From: Bdellovibrionales bacterium
Lineage (GTDB): Bacteria; Bdellovibrionota; Bdellovibrionia; Bdellovibrionales; CAYMLA01
DNA: 64,000 nucleotides
Reading direction: 5' to 3'
Assembly: GCA_965217115.1 (NCBI GenBank)
Contig: OZ244239.1
Coordinates: 320,001-384,000 of the forward strand
This document shows, one piece after another, positions 31,557 to 39,934 of the stretch (the stretch's first letter is position 1; each line of letters begins with the position of its first letter). The notes below the pieces were generated by a model. It was not told the origin of the DNA, ran no database searches, and was given only the letters and a program-made list of their open reading frames with translations. The translations under genes and the position numbers were made by a program.

Positions 31557-32470
31557 CTGGAACTCTATCGTAAAGCTCAGACATTCGTTTGGCAGCGCCG
31601 CTCGCTGAAGCGAGCATCGCACCAAGCCGAACTCGCTTTACGATAGAGTTCCAGCTAAAGGCTTTTGCTTGAAAGCTTCTGGTACTGAGAACAACGGGGC
31701 GCTTTGGGCAAGGAACCGCCTTTAGATGGAACTCTATCGTAGAGCTCAGACATTCGTTTGGGCAGCGCCGCTCGCTGAAGCGAGCATCGCGCCAAGCCGA
31801 ACTCGCTATACGATAGAGTTCCATCTAAAGGCTTTTGCTTGAAAGCTTCTGGGACTGGGAACAACGGGGGGCTTTGGCAAGGAACCGCCTTTAGGTGGAA
31901 CTTTATCGTATAGCTCAGACATCGTTTGGGCAGCGGCGCTCGCTGAAGCGAGCATCGCGCCAAGCCGAACTCGCTATACGATAGAGTTCCATCTAAAGGC
32001 TTTTGCTTGAAAGCTTCTGGGACTGGGAACAACGGGGGGCTTTGGCAAGGAACCGCCTTTAGGTGGAACTTTATCGTATAGCTCAGACATCGTTTGGCAG
32101 CGGCGCTCGCTGAAGCGAGCATCGCGCCAAGCCGAACTCGCTTTACGATAGAGTTCCATCTAAAGGCTTTTGCTTGAAAGCTTCTGGGACTGGGAACAAC
32201 GGGGCGCTTTGGCAAGGAACCGCCTCTAGATAGGACTCTATCGTATAGCTCAGACATTCGTTTGGGCAGCGGCGCTCGCTGAAGCGAGCATCGCGCCAAG
32301 CCGAACTCGCTTTACGATAGAGTTCCATCTAAAGGCTTTTGCTTGAAAGCTTCTGGGACTGGGAGCAACGGGGGGCTTTGGGTAAGGGAACCGCCTTTAG
32401 GTGGAACTCTATCGTATAGCTCAGACATCGTTTGGGTAGCGGTGCTCGCTTTAGCGAGCACCGCACCAAA
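31528..32470 (+). repeat. Tandem array of ~167-170-bp palindromic units (5 full plus 1 truncated)
   Basis: Leader GCTTTGG recurs at 31531, 31701, 31871, 32039, 32206 and 32375. Each full unit is leader + 28-bp arm + ~58-nt core with GCTCGC-TGAA-GCGAGC hairpin + complementary 28-bp arm + tail ending GAACAACGG. Confidence 0.97.
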
Positions 32471-32506
32471 GATCGTTAGTTTCTTGAGTTAAATACGGGT
32501 GGGTAA

Positions 32507-32875
32507 TTAGTTAGTCTCTTTTAAAAATTGAAGCGCTTCTTGTTTTTTCTTAAGAAGGTATTTATTACAATTTTTTAATTGAGTGTTTCGTCTAATTTCA
32601 GCTGGGCTTAGTTCACCAGCGAGAGCAGAAACGTCAGGAAAACCTAGGCTTTGTATTCTACAAAAGCTAACTCTATTTTTTAAAAGTACTTTTCTAAGTG
32701 CTAACTGTCCTATATATAATTGTGCTATAATTTCGTCCTTAGACATTTTTGTAATTTCGTTTTTTATGTTATCAACATCATAGAATTCACTATTTACTCC
32801 AGAAAAGAGTAATACTTCATCAGCAAATGCTGATACAGAACCTAAAAGGACTAAACTTAATAATATTTTTTTCAT
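32507..32875 (-). CDS. Small secreted hypothetical protein
   Basis: AGGAG RBS, Sec signal MKKILLSLVLLGSVSAFA; AT-rich; no family recognised. Confidence 0.8.
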   Translation of the reverse strand: MKKILLSLVLLGSVSAFADEVLLFSGVNSEFYDVDNIKNEITKMSKDEIIAQLYIGQLALRKVLLKNRVSFCRIQSLGFPDVSALAGELSPAEIRRNTQLKNCNKYLLKKKQEALQFLKETN

Positions 32876-32973
32876 ATTTTTTCTCCTTATAAATAAGTTT
32901 ATTGTGAGTTTTGCTTGCAACTTGTCTTACTAGACAAATAATAAAAAGAAATATTTGTCCTCGTTTTTAGAGC

Positions 32974-33261
32974 CTAGTGGTTTATGAGAGTGTTACACCT
33001 CATTGATTTCTCAATGATTAGTTCTGTTATTGCTAAATCAAACTCTGCCATTTTTTCTTGTGAAACTGATAGTCCAACAGCAAGATTTGCGATCGCATTT
33101 TTATTTAGAGATAATGCAGCTCTCATTTCACTTAGTCGATTAGTACAAAATTCTAGTCTTGTTTTCTCTGAAGCCAGTTTTCCAGCTCTGCTCTGATTTA
33201 ATGCAAAAACCGAATTACTTAACATTAAGATGCTGATCGTTCCAAGTAATAATTTTTTCAT
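32974..33261 (-). CDS. Small secreted hypothetical protein
   Basis: GGAG RBS, Sec signal MKKLLLGTISILMLSNSVFA, two Cys, helical character; AT-rich. Confidence 0.8.
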   Translation of the reverse strand: MKKLLLGTISILMLSNSVFALNQSRAGKLASEKTRLEFCTNRLSEMRAALSLNKNAIANLAVGLSVSQEKMAEFDLAITELIIEKSMRCNTLINH

Positions 33262-33479
33262 AATATTCTCCGTTTTTTGAGTAATGACTCTTAACCTTAG
33301 ATGAATAGGAACTATAGTCGAAAAAAGTATACATCTCTAGAGCTATAGTCATTTGTGCAAAACTTACAAAAAAATGTGGCCTGTCACTTTTTAATGGAAA
33401 TTACACCCCCTAGGGCATCTTTTTTATTAAAATGAGCCTTAAGCTGCTTTGAGGAACATATCCAGATACTCACGGATTT

Positions 33480-33679
33480 CATCTAAAGGCTTTTGCTTGA
33501 AAACTTAGGGGGCGCTTTGGCCAATGGAACCGCCTTTAGCTGGAACTCTATCGTATAGCTCAGACATTCGTTTGGCAGCGCCGCTCGCTTCAGCGAGCAG
33601 CGCACCAAGCCGAACTCGCTTTACGATAAAGTCCCATCTAAAGGCTTTTACTTGAAAGCTTAGGGACTGTGAACAACGG
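33480..33679 (+). repeat. Right-arm remnant plus one further full copy of the ~170-bp unit
   Basis: CATCTAAAGGCTTTTGCTTGAAA at 33480-33502, then a complete leader-arm-core-arm-tail at 33511-33679. Confidence 0.93.
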
Positions 33680-33724
33680 AGTTTAGGGGGGAAACAACGG
33701 AGCTCAACGGGAACAACGGGGCGG

Positions 33725-33889
33725 CGTTGTTCACAGTTAAGTGCACTTTTAGATAAGAGTGGTCCAAAGGGGGTTTGTCTTCAAATGAGTTCGGATTGGT
33801 GCGATGCTCGTGAAGCGAGCGGCGCTGCCAAACGCATGTTTGAATTTGAAGATAAACCCCCTTTGGACCACGGCTTACCTACCCAAAGC
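33725..33889 (-). repeat. Inverted copy of the ~170-bp unit carrying different 28-bp arms
   Basis: The minus strand has a recognisable leader, core and tail. Arms at 33759-33786 and 33844-33871 are complementary (27/28) but unrelated to the array arms. Confidence 0.9.
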
Positions 33890-33891
33890 AA

Positions 33892-34641
33892 CTAAGCGGT
33901 TTGTGTTTTTTTAAACCAACCCAACATAGGATCTTCCCCTATAAACTCAAGCACCTCAACATTGAAGGTTTTTAAATATTCTTTTTGCATTGAATTTAAA
34001 ACAATATCTCCCGATCCAATATGAATAACTTTATGGCCCTTATTTTTCTCTGCTACCATAACCGCTAATTTAGTTAAATCCATTTCACAAGTCTTCAGAG
34101 AGGTCAGTCCATCATCTGAAAAATGATAGGCTCCGTATTTCTTCAAACTCTTGCCCACTAAAAAAGGAACACCCTCATCAATAGGAACTAGTTGCAAGTG
34201 TCTTTTTTCCTTTAGTTTCTTTATATGGGCGTTCACCCACTCTTCCATATTCTCTTTTCCAGTATAGAAACTCAAAGCAGAGACATCGGCACAATCACCA
34301 ATCAAATAAGACGGGGTCCCGTGCAAGCGGCAATAACGACGGTACAACCCTATTTGCACCAACTCCATGATCATATCTCGCCAAACACCCTCTTTCATAA
34401 TCTGGTTATCATCGGCTGTCATGGCATTCAACAGATCCCAATGCTTTTGGGCAGAGGTTGAATATTTAGCATCCAGACACGATTGGGCCTCTCTAAAACA
34501 CTGGCGAATCTCTGGAATACGTTGCACACCCATGCACAAATCCTCATCACCTAACTGATAACTTCCCGAAAAAATAACAATTGCCATAACTTCCCGCCCC
34601 TTCATTTTTAACTCCTCCTCCATATAAAGTAACTTTTCCAT
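33892..34641 (-). CDS. Hypothetical protein, degenerate FabD/acyltransferase-like fold
   Basis: By-eye similarity to FabD segments (VIFSG, PEIRQCFREA, VQIGLYRRY, PSYLIG, IHIGSG); lacks GHSxG. Confidence 0.55.
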   Translation of the reverse strand: MEKLLYMEEELKMKGREVMAIVIFSGSYQLGDEDLCMGVQRIPEIRQCFREAQSCLDAKYSTSAQKHWDLLNAMTADDNQIMKEGVWRDMIMELVQIGLYRRYCRLHGTPSYLIGDCADVSALSFYTGKENMEEWVNAHIKKLKEKRHLQLVPIDEGVPFLVGKSLKKYGAYHFSDDGLTSLKTCEMDLTKLAVMVAEKNKGHKVIHIGSGDIVLNSMQKEYLKTFNVEVLEFIGEDPMLGWFKKTQTA

Positions 34642-34684
34642 GGTTACTTAATTGAAAGATTTCATTTTCTTAACAACATACCTG

Positions 34685-34700
34685 AGCAACAGATATGCCA
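34685..34700 (-). promoter_or_regulatory. Candidate sigma-54 promoter
   Basis: Minus strand TGGCAT-ATCTG-TTGCT has exact -24 GG / -12 GC spacing, ~45 nt upstream of the 33892-34641 ORF. Confidence 0.65.
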
Positions 34701-34943
34701 GCCAAAAACAGTTTTAAATAGAACTGACCCCCTCGGCCTTATAGACTTTTCTCAAAGCAGTGTATTTATTTTTTATGCAGCGCACATACGCTAAGCGTCA
34801 TTTCCCTTTTAAATGCCGGCCTCTCCTAGACTTTTTACATATTTTCCTGCACCTAAGTCCTTTGTTTTGCTAGCATGATTGGGATGACCTTTTTTTAGGA
34901 CAACCAGCTATTGTCTTAAATTTGCAACCAAGGACTGGCAGCA

Positions 34944-35828
34944 TTGAAGTTCAAATATCTTATCGCTATTATTTTAGGTGCAGCCGTCGCTGACATCACT
35001 ATCTTAAACGTCCATGATCTCATTCTTCCTAAAAAAACTCTTTCAATTAAATCAAAGCAGAATCAAAGCACTCGCCTTCAACTCTCTGAGTATAACTCTA
35101 TAGTCAGCAGAAATATTCTTAGTGCCGATGGATTTATGCCCAAGGCCCTTGTCTCTGACTCAGAAGGAGGCCAAAACGGCAAGTTTCTCTCCAGTGCAAA
35201 ACCCGTTCTGTCTCAACTCCCAATAAAGCTTATCGGCACGATTGTCCACGCCAACCCTGAACGCTCCGTAGCCAGTGTCGAACTTAAAAGCAAAAATAGA
35301 ATCTCCCCTTTCTCCAATAACGACGTCATTGATAATATTGCCCGTGTTAAAAAAATCACCCGGCGACAACTCATATTTCAGAACCTCAATAACAATCGTT
35401 TGGAATATATTGAAATGGTCATCAATGCTAAAATATCCTATGAACTTACAAAGAAATCCTCTGACAAAAAAAGCTCCTTCGTTGATGGCATCTCAAGAAA
35501 CGGCAATAAGTTTTCTATTAAACGCTCTACTCTGGAGAAACATCTTAAAAACCTGCCTAAACTATTACAAGAAGCACGGGCCGTTCCTAACCGCGACCCT
35601 CTCACTGGAGAAATTAACGGTTTTCGTATCTTAGATATTTTGCCTGGTAGCCTCTTTGAGTCCCTTGGCGTCAAGAGGCTTGATGTTATCAAGGGAGTTA
35701 ACGGAGAAAATATCGACAACCCCTCCAAGGCTATGGAAGCGTTTAATCGACTCAAAGGCTCAAACAATATAAAAATAACAATTAATCGAAGTGGCAAAAA
35801 CGAAGAGTATGATTACTCTGTCGAATAA
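34944..35828 (+). CDS. gspC: Type II secretion protein C (HR plus PDZ domains)
   Basis: N-terminal TM, RNI, LKLIGT-type HR domain and C-terminal PDZ (GSLFESLG...DVIKGVNG); first gene of the T2SS cluster. Confidence 0.88.
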   Translation: MKFKYLIAIILGAAVADITILNVHDLILPKKTLSIKSKQNQSTRLQLSEYNSIVSRNILSADGFMPKALVSDSEGGQNGKFLSSAKPVLSQLPIKLIGTIVHANPERSVASVELKSKNRISPFSNNDVIDNIARVKKITRRQLIFQNLNNNRLEYIEMVINAKISYELTKKSSDKKSSFVDGISRNGNKFSIKRSTLEKHLKNLPKLLQEARAVPNRDPLTGEINGFRILDILPGSLFESLGVKRLDVIKGVNGENIDNPSKAMEAFNRLKGSNNIKITINRSGKNEEYDYSVE

Positions 35829-35840
35829 ACGAGGTTTTAA

Positions 35841-38207
35841 ATGGTAAGACGACAAAACAAGACAACGGCATCACACTGTAAGAATTTGCATTGTAAGAGT
35901 TTGCACTGTAAAAAATTACACTGTAAAAATTCACCCTGCGGGAAATCACTGTCCCCCACTCACAGGCTTTGTCTCCTGTTGGGGTTTCTTGTTCTCCCAT
36001 TCTTTCTCTCCACTCACGATTCCCATGCTCAACGGGGGAAAAATCGTTTTAACAGTCTCTCAAGCAACTCTGCATCCAGTTCCAAAACAGGGAAGGGCAT
36101 TGTTGCTCAACCTCTAAGCCCAGAGGCTAAGAAGAAATTTGCTAAAGCTCAACCAGAAGACATCACCTCGAAAAATTTTCCACAAACCATTGAAAGTTTC
36201 GATTATCAGAACGCTGAAATCACAGATTTAATCAAGGCCATGGGAGAGCTCACTGGGAAGAATTTTATTATTGATGGCAAGGTTCGCGGCAAAGTCACCA
36301 TCATTGCGCCCTCAAAAATAACTGTGGCAGAAGCCTATAAAGCCTTTCTCTCAGCACTGGCTATTAACGGCTTCACCGTTGTTCCCAGTGGACCTTTCTT
36401 GAAAGTTCGTCAATCAAGAGCCGACGCCAACCGCGACAGTATTGAAACTTACTCAGGAGATTATTTCCCTAACTCAGACCAACTTATCACCTACATCATG
36501 CAGCTTAAACATATCTCTGCCGCACAGGTTAGAAAAGATATTCGTATCCTCAACTCCAAAGATGGAGAGATCTCGGCCTACGAACCGACCAATTCATTAA
36601 TCATCACTGACTACGGTTCAAACGTGGAACGAGCTGTAAAGATACTCTCTCGCCTCGACACGCCTGGGTTTCAAGATCAAATGGAAGTCATGCCCGTCAA
36701 ACACGCCAAAGCCAAAGACATCGCCGAGCTCATTGATCAGATTGTTTCTAAAGGGACTGGGAAGAAATCTCGCTCCTCTCGCAGAGGTTCTTTCTCCTCT
36801 TCACGCCTTCGAAATAACCAGGCTAAATCAGTGAACCAACCTCGGTTTAACGTCATCCCCGATGGCCGAACCAACTCTCTTATTGTTGTTGGCAACAATT
36901 CAGGAATCGGCCGCATTCGCAAGCTTGTTAAAAAATTAGACTTCCGCCTAAATCCAGAGGATGCTGGTGGAGTTTATGTCTACTACGTCAAACATGGCTT
37001 GGCCGTAGAAATTGAAAAAACCCTACAAGGTATCACCAAAGACACCAAGAAAAAGAAAACAAGTTCTCTGCTCAGGGCGAGATCATTTTCTCCTCCCAGC
37101 CCAACAGAGCAAATATTTGGTGGAGATGTTAGAATTAAAGCCGACAAACAAACCAACAGTCTTTTAGTCACATCGAGCAAACAAGACTACCAGGCTGTTC
37201 TCAATCTTTTACAAAAAATTGATATCCCAAAGGATCAAGTCTTTGTGGAAGCCATCATTATGGAAATGAGTCTCGATAACAGCAGATCATGGGGAACAGG
37301 GTTTTATAAATTCAACAAAGAAGGGACAGGGAAAGTTGGTTTCAACACCATTAAAGACTTTGTCAGTCTTCTTAGCCCTACTAGTAATACCCAAGGAGCT
37401 GTTCTCGGATTTGGTTCAGGGGATATCATCGAAGTTGCTGGGACGTCCATTAGCTCTACTATTGGTTTAGTTAATTTCTTAAAATCTAATGCAAACACCA
37501 ACGTTTTATCTACGCCACAAATAATGACACGGGATAACGAAGAAGGTGTGATAGAAGTGGGAGACAAGGTTCCCATCGCAAGTGAAACCACTACCGCAAA
37601 CAACGGAAGCACAACTAACAGTGTTAAGTTTGAAGATGCCACTATTAAGCTCAAAATAAAACCTTTTATTAGCCCCAATAGGACGAAGGTGCGCTTAGAG
37701 GTGGACCAGAGAGTTCAACAACTCTCCAATCGTCAACCACCTGCGGGAGTCACGACTGTGTTTCTTCAAGCAATTTCCAAACGATCTATAAAAACACAAA
37801 TTGAAGTGAACAACAAAGACACGGCAGTTCTGGGTGGTTTGATGAGTGACAGGATCACCGAAAGCGTCTCTAAAGTTCCCGTATTGGGGGATATCCCCAT
37901 TCTCGGATGGCTTTTCAAATCGAATGTAAAAACAACAACAAAAGTTAATCTCTTGGTTTTTATAACTCCTACTATTATTCAAAATTCAGATGATAATTCA
38001 AAACTCCTAGGTGATAAACTCAATCAACGCATTGATTTTGTTAAATCCACCGGTGGCAAAGACTCTTTTGGAAAATACATTGACCGCCTTCCTCGACAAG
38101 CGACTCTTAATGACAATGACTCTGATGGGGAAGATGACGACGAGAATGACTCTGATAAGGAAGATAACGACGAGAATGATAGCGAAGAAGTGATTGAGGA
38201 TGAATAA
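35841..38207 (+). CDS. gspD: Type II secretion secretin
   Basis: N0 domain (LTGKNFII...GKVTII), N-domain repeats, and secretin core (QVFVEAIIME, AVLGGL, KVPVLGDIPILGWLF). Confidence 0.96.
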   Translation: MVRRQNKTTASHCKNLHCKSLHCKKLHCKNSPCGKSLSPTHRLCLLLGFLVLPFFLSTHDSHAQRGKNRFNSLSSNSASSSKTGKGIVAQPLSPEAKKKFAKAQPEDITSKNFPQTIESFDYQNAEITDLIKAMGELTGKNFIIDGKVRGKVTIIAPSKITVAEAYKAFLSALAINGFTVVPSGPFLKVRQSRADANRDSIETYSGDYFPNSDQLITYIMQLKHISAAQVRKDIRILNSKDGEISAYEPTNSLIITDYGSNVERAVKILSRLDTPGFQDQMEVMPVKHAKAKDIAELIDQIVSKGTGKKSRSSRRGSFSSSRLRNNQAKSVNQPRFNVIPDGRTNSLIVVGNNSGIGRIRKLVKKLDFRLNPEDAGGVYVYYVKHGLAVEIEKTLQGITKDTKKKKTSSLLRARSFSPPSPTEQIFGGDVRIKADKQTNSLLVTSSKQDYQAVLNLLQKIDIPKDQVFVEAIIMEMSLDNSRSWGTGFYKFNKEGTGKVGFNTIKDFVSLLSPTSNTQGAVLGFGSGDIIEVAGTSISSTIGLVNFLKSNANTNVLSTPQIMTRDNEEGVIEVGDKVPIASETTTANNGSTTNSVKFEDATIKLKIKPFISPNRTKVRLEVDQRVQQLSNRQPPAGVTTVFLQAISKRSIKTQIEVNNKDTAVLGGLMSDRITESVSKVPVLGDIPILGWLFKSNVKTTTKVNLLVFITPTIIQNSDDNSKLLGDKLNQRIDFVKSTGGKDSFGKYIDRLPRQATLNDNDSDGEDDDENDSDKEDNDENDSEEVIEDE
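35874..35933 (+). repeat. Four 15-bp tandem repeats encoding HCKxL
   Basis: CACTGTAAGAATTTG / CATTGTAAGAGTTTG / CACTGTAAAAAATTA / CACTGTAAAAATTCA. Confidence 0.85.
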
Positions 38208-38239
38208 CACGGCGGGTGCAATAGGGAGCTTATTGTAGT

Positions 38240-39934
38240 ATGACCAATACAAATATTGATCTTCTTTTATATAAAAACACCAAAATGTCTGAAGACCAGG
38301 TGAGGAGCCTTCTGGATTCACCCGTCATTGGGACGACAGATAGTATTGGACAGAAGCTCAGTCAAAAAAAATACGGCACCGTGGATGAAATCATCATTGA
38401 TCTTTGTAAAGAGTTGGGCGTGGATTTTATTAAAGATATTCCTGTTAATGATATTCCTGTGGATCTCATTCGTCATATCCCTATCAACTATGCAAAAACC
38501 CATGAGATCATGCCCATTCGTGAAGAGAGCAACCAGCTGCTCGTCTTAACCAGCAATCCCATCAACACCCGATCCATGGATGATCTTCGGGTTATCTTTG
38601 GAAAAAAAGTCGTTCCCGTCATTAGCACCAGTGAGCGTGTGCAAGATGCCATTAACCGTGTTTATGAGAAAAGCACCGCCGCGCTTGAGGGATTAGACAC
38701 GATCGAAGGGGAAGACTACGATCTCGACGATCCCATTGTTGATCTTCTCGATGCGGCCGATGACGATGCTCCTGTTATCAAATTGGTAAATACACTTTTA
38801 TTCCGTGGCGTTAAAGAAAAATGCTCTGATATTCACATCGAGCCCTACGAAAAAGATATCTCCGTGCGTTTCCGCATTGACGGACTCCTCTACGAAATTT
38901 TTAAGCCGCCTAAGAGACTTCAAAATGCCATAACCTCGCGTATCAAGGTGATGGGCAATCTCAACATCGCTGAAAAACGTCTTCCCCAAGATGGCCGTAT
39001 TCCATTAAAGGTCGGAGGTAAAGACATTGATATTCGTTTGAACACCATCCCCACTTCCCATGGTGAAAGAATTGTTATGCGTCTACAGGACAGATCCAAC
39101 GTCATTCTTGAACTTGACCAATTAGGATTTTCCAAAAGATCCCTCACGATCCTTGAAGACAATCTCTTAACTAAAACTTACGGTATCATCCTTGTTACGG
39201 GACCGACAGGAAGTGGTAAATCCACCACTCTCTACGCTTGTTTACAAAAAATCAATGCTCCCAATCGTAACATTATCACCATCGAAAATCCTGTCGAACA
39301 AAACATACATGGTATCGGACAAATTCAAACTAATTCCAAAATTGGACTGACTTTTGCCTCAGGATTGCGAGCCATCTTACGTCAAGATCCCGATATTGTT
39401 ATGATAGGGGAAATTCGTGATTTAGAAACCGCTGAAATTTCTATCAACGCATCTTTAACGGGTCATCTCGTTCTCTCAACCATTCACACCAACGATGCCT
39501 CTGGGGTGTTTCCCCGTTTGATTGATATGGGTTGTGAACCATTCTTGATAGCCACTTCTATTATGGGAGTTTTAGCACAGAGATTAATCCGAGTTCTCTG
39601 CCCCCACTGTAAAGTTCCCTATGAACCCACAGATATTGAACTCGCCAGTATTGACATGACACGTCAGCAAGCCAAAAAAGGCAATCCTTGCAAACCTATG
39701 GGTTGTCACGAATGCAATCAAAAAGGTTACATCGGACGAACCAACGTTCAAGAATTACTCGTTGTCACCGATGAAGTTCGCTCTATGATAATGCAACGAG
39801 TGGACTCTGGACAAATTAAAGCCAAGGCGATCGAGCAAGGCATGCTCACTGTTCGCGACCACGGTGTTGAGAAGGTCCTCAATGGCGTGACATCTATTGA
39901 AGAAATACTCAGTAGCACACAGGTAGATAATTAA
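38240..39934 (+). CDS. gspE: Type II secretion ATPase
   Basis: SDIHIEP, EKRLPQDGR, Walker A GPTGSGKST, LRQDPDIVMIGEIRD and the Cys4 motif. Confidence 0.97.
   Translation: MTNTNIDLLLYKNTKMSEDQVRSLLDSPVIGTTDSIGQKLSQKKYGTVDEIIIDLCKELGVDFIKDIPVNDIPVDLIRHIPINYAKTHEIMPIREESNQLLVLTSNPINTRSMDDLRVIFGKKVVPVISTSERVQDAINRVYEKSTAALEGLDTIEGEDYDLDDPIVDLLDAADDDAPVIKLVNTLLFRGVKEKCSDIHIEPYEKDISVRFRIDGLLYEIFKPPKRLQNAITSRIKVMGNLNIAEKRLPQDGRIPLKVGGKDIDIRLNTIPTSHGERIVMRLQDRSNVILELDQLGFSKRSLTILEDNLLTKTYGIILVTGPTGSGKSTTLYACLQKINAPNRNIITIENPVEQNIHGIGQIQTNSKIGLTFASGLRAILRQDPDIVMIGEIRDLETAEISINASLTGHLVLSTIHTNDASGVFPRLIDMGCEPFLIATSIMGVLAQRLIRVLCPHCKVPYEPTDIELASIDMTRQQAKKGNPCKPMGCHECNQKGYIGRTNVQELLVVTDEVRSMIMQRVDSGQIKAKAIEQGMLTVRDHGVEKVLNGVTSIEEILSSTQVDN

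Noticed and set aside
31513..32328. ORFs 31513-31824, 31655-32299, 31974-32159 and 32143-32328 on the minus strand
   Set aside because: They are translations of the DNA repeat array. Unit lengths vary by non-multiples of three, so the same peptides recur in different frames.
31528..32470. CRISPR array interpretation
   Set aside because: Units are ~170 bp and near-identical along their whole length, with no unique spacers. No cas genes are present in the window.
32418..32481. Canonical integron attC site
   Set aside because: Only unit 6 has a GTT at the right spacing, its inverse core is GAC rather than AAC, the other units lack GTT, and no integron integrase is in the window. Kept only as a hypothesis.
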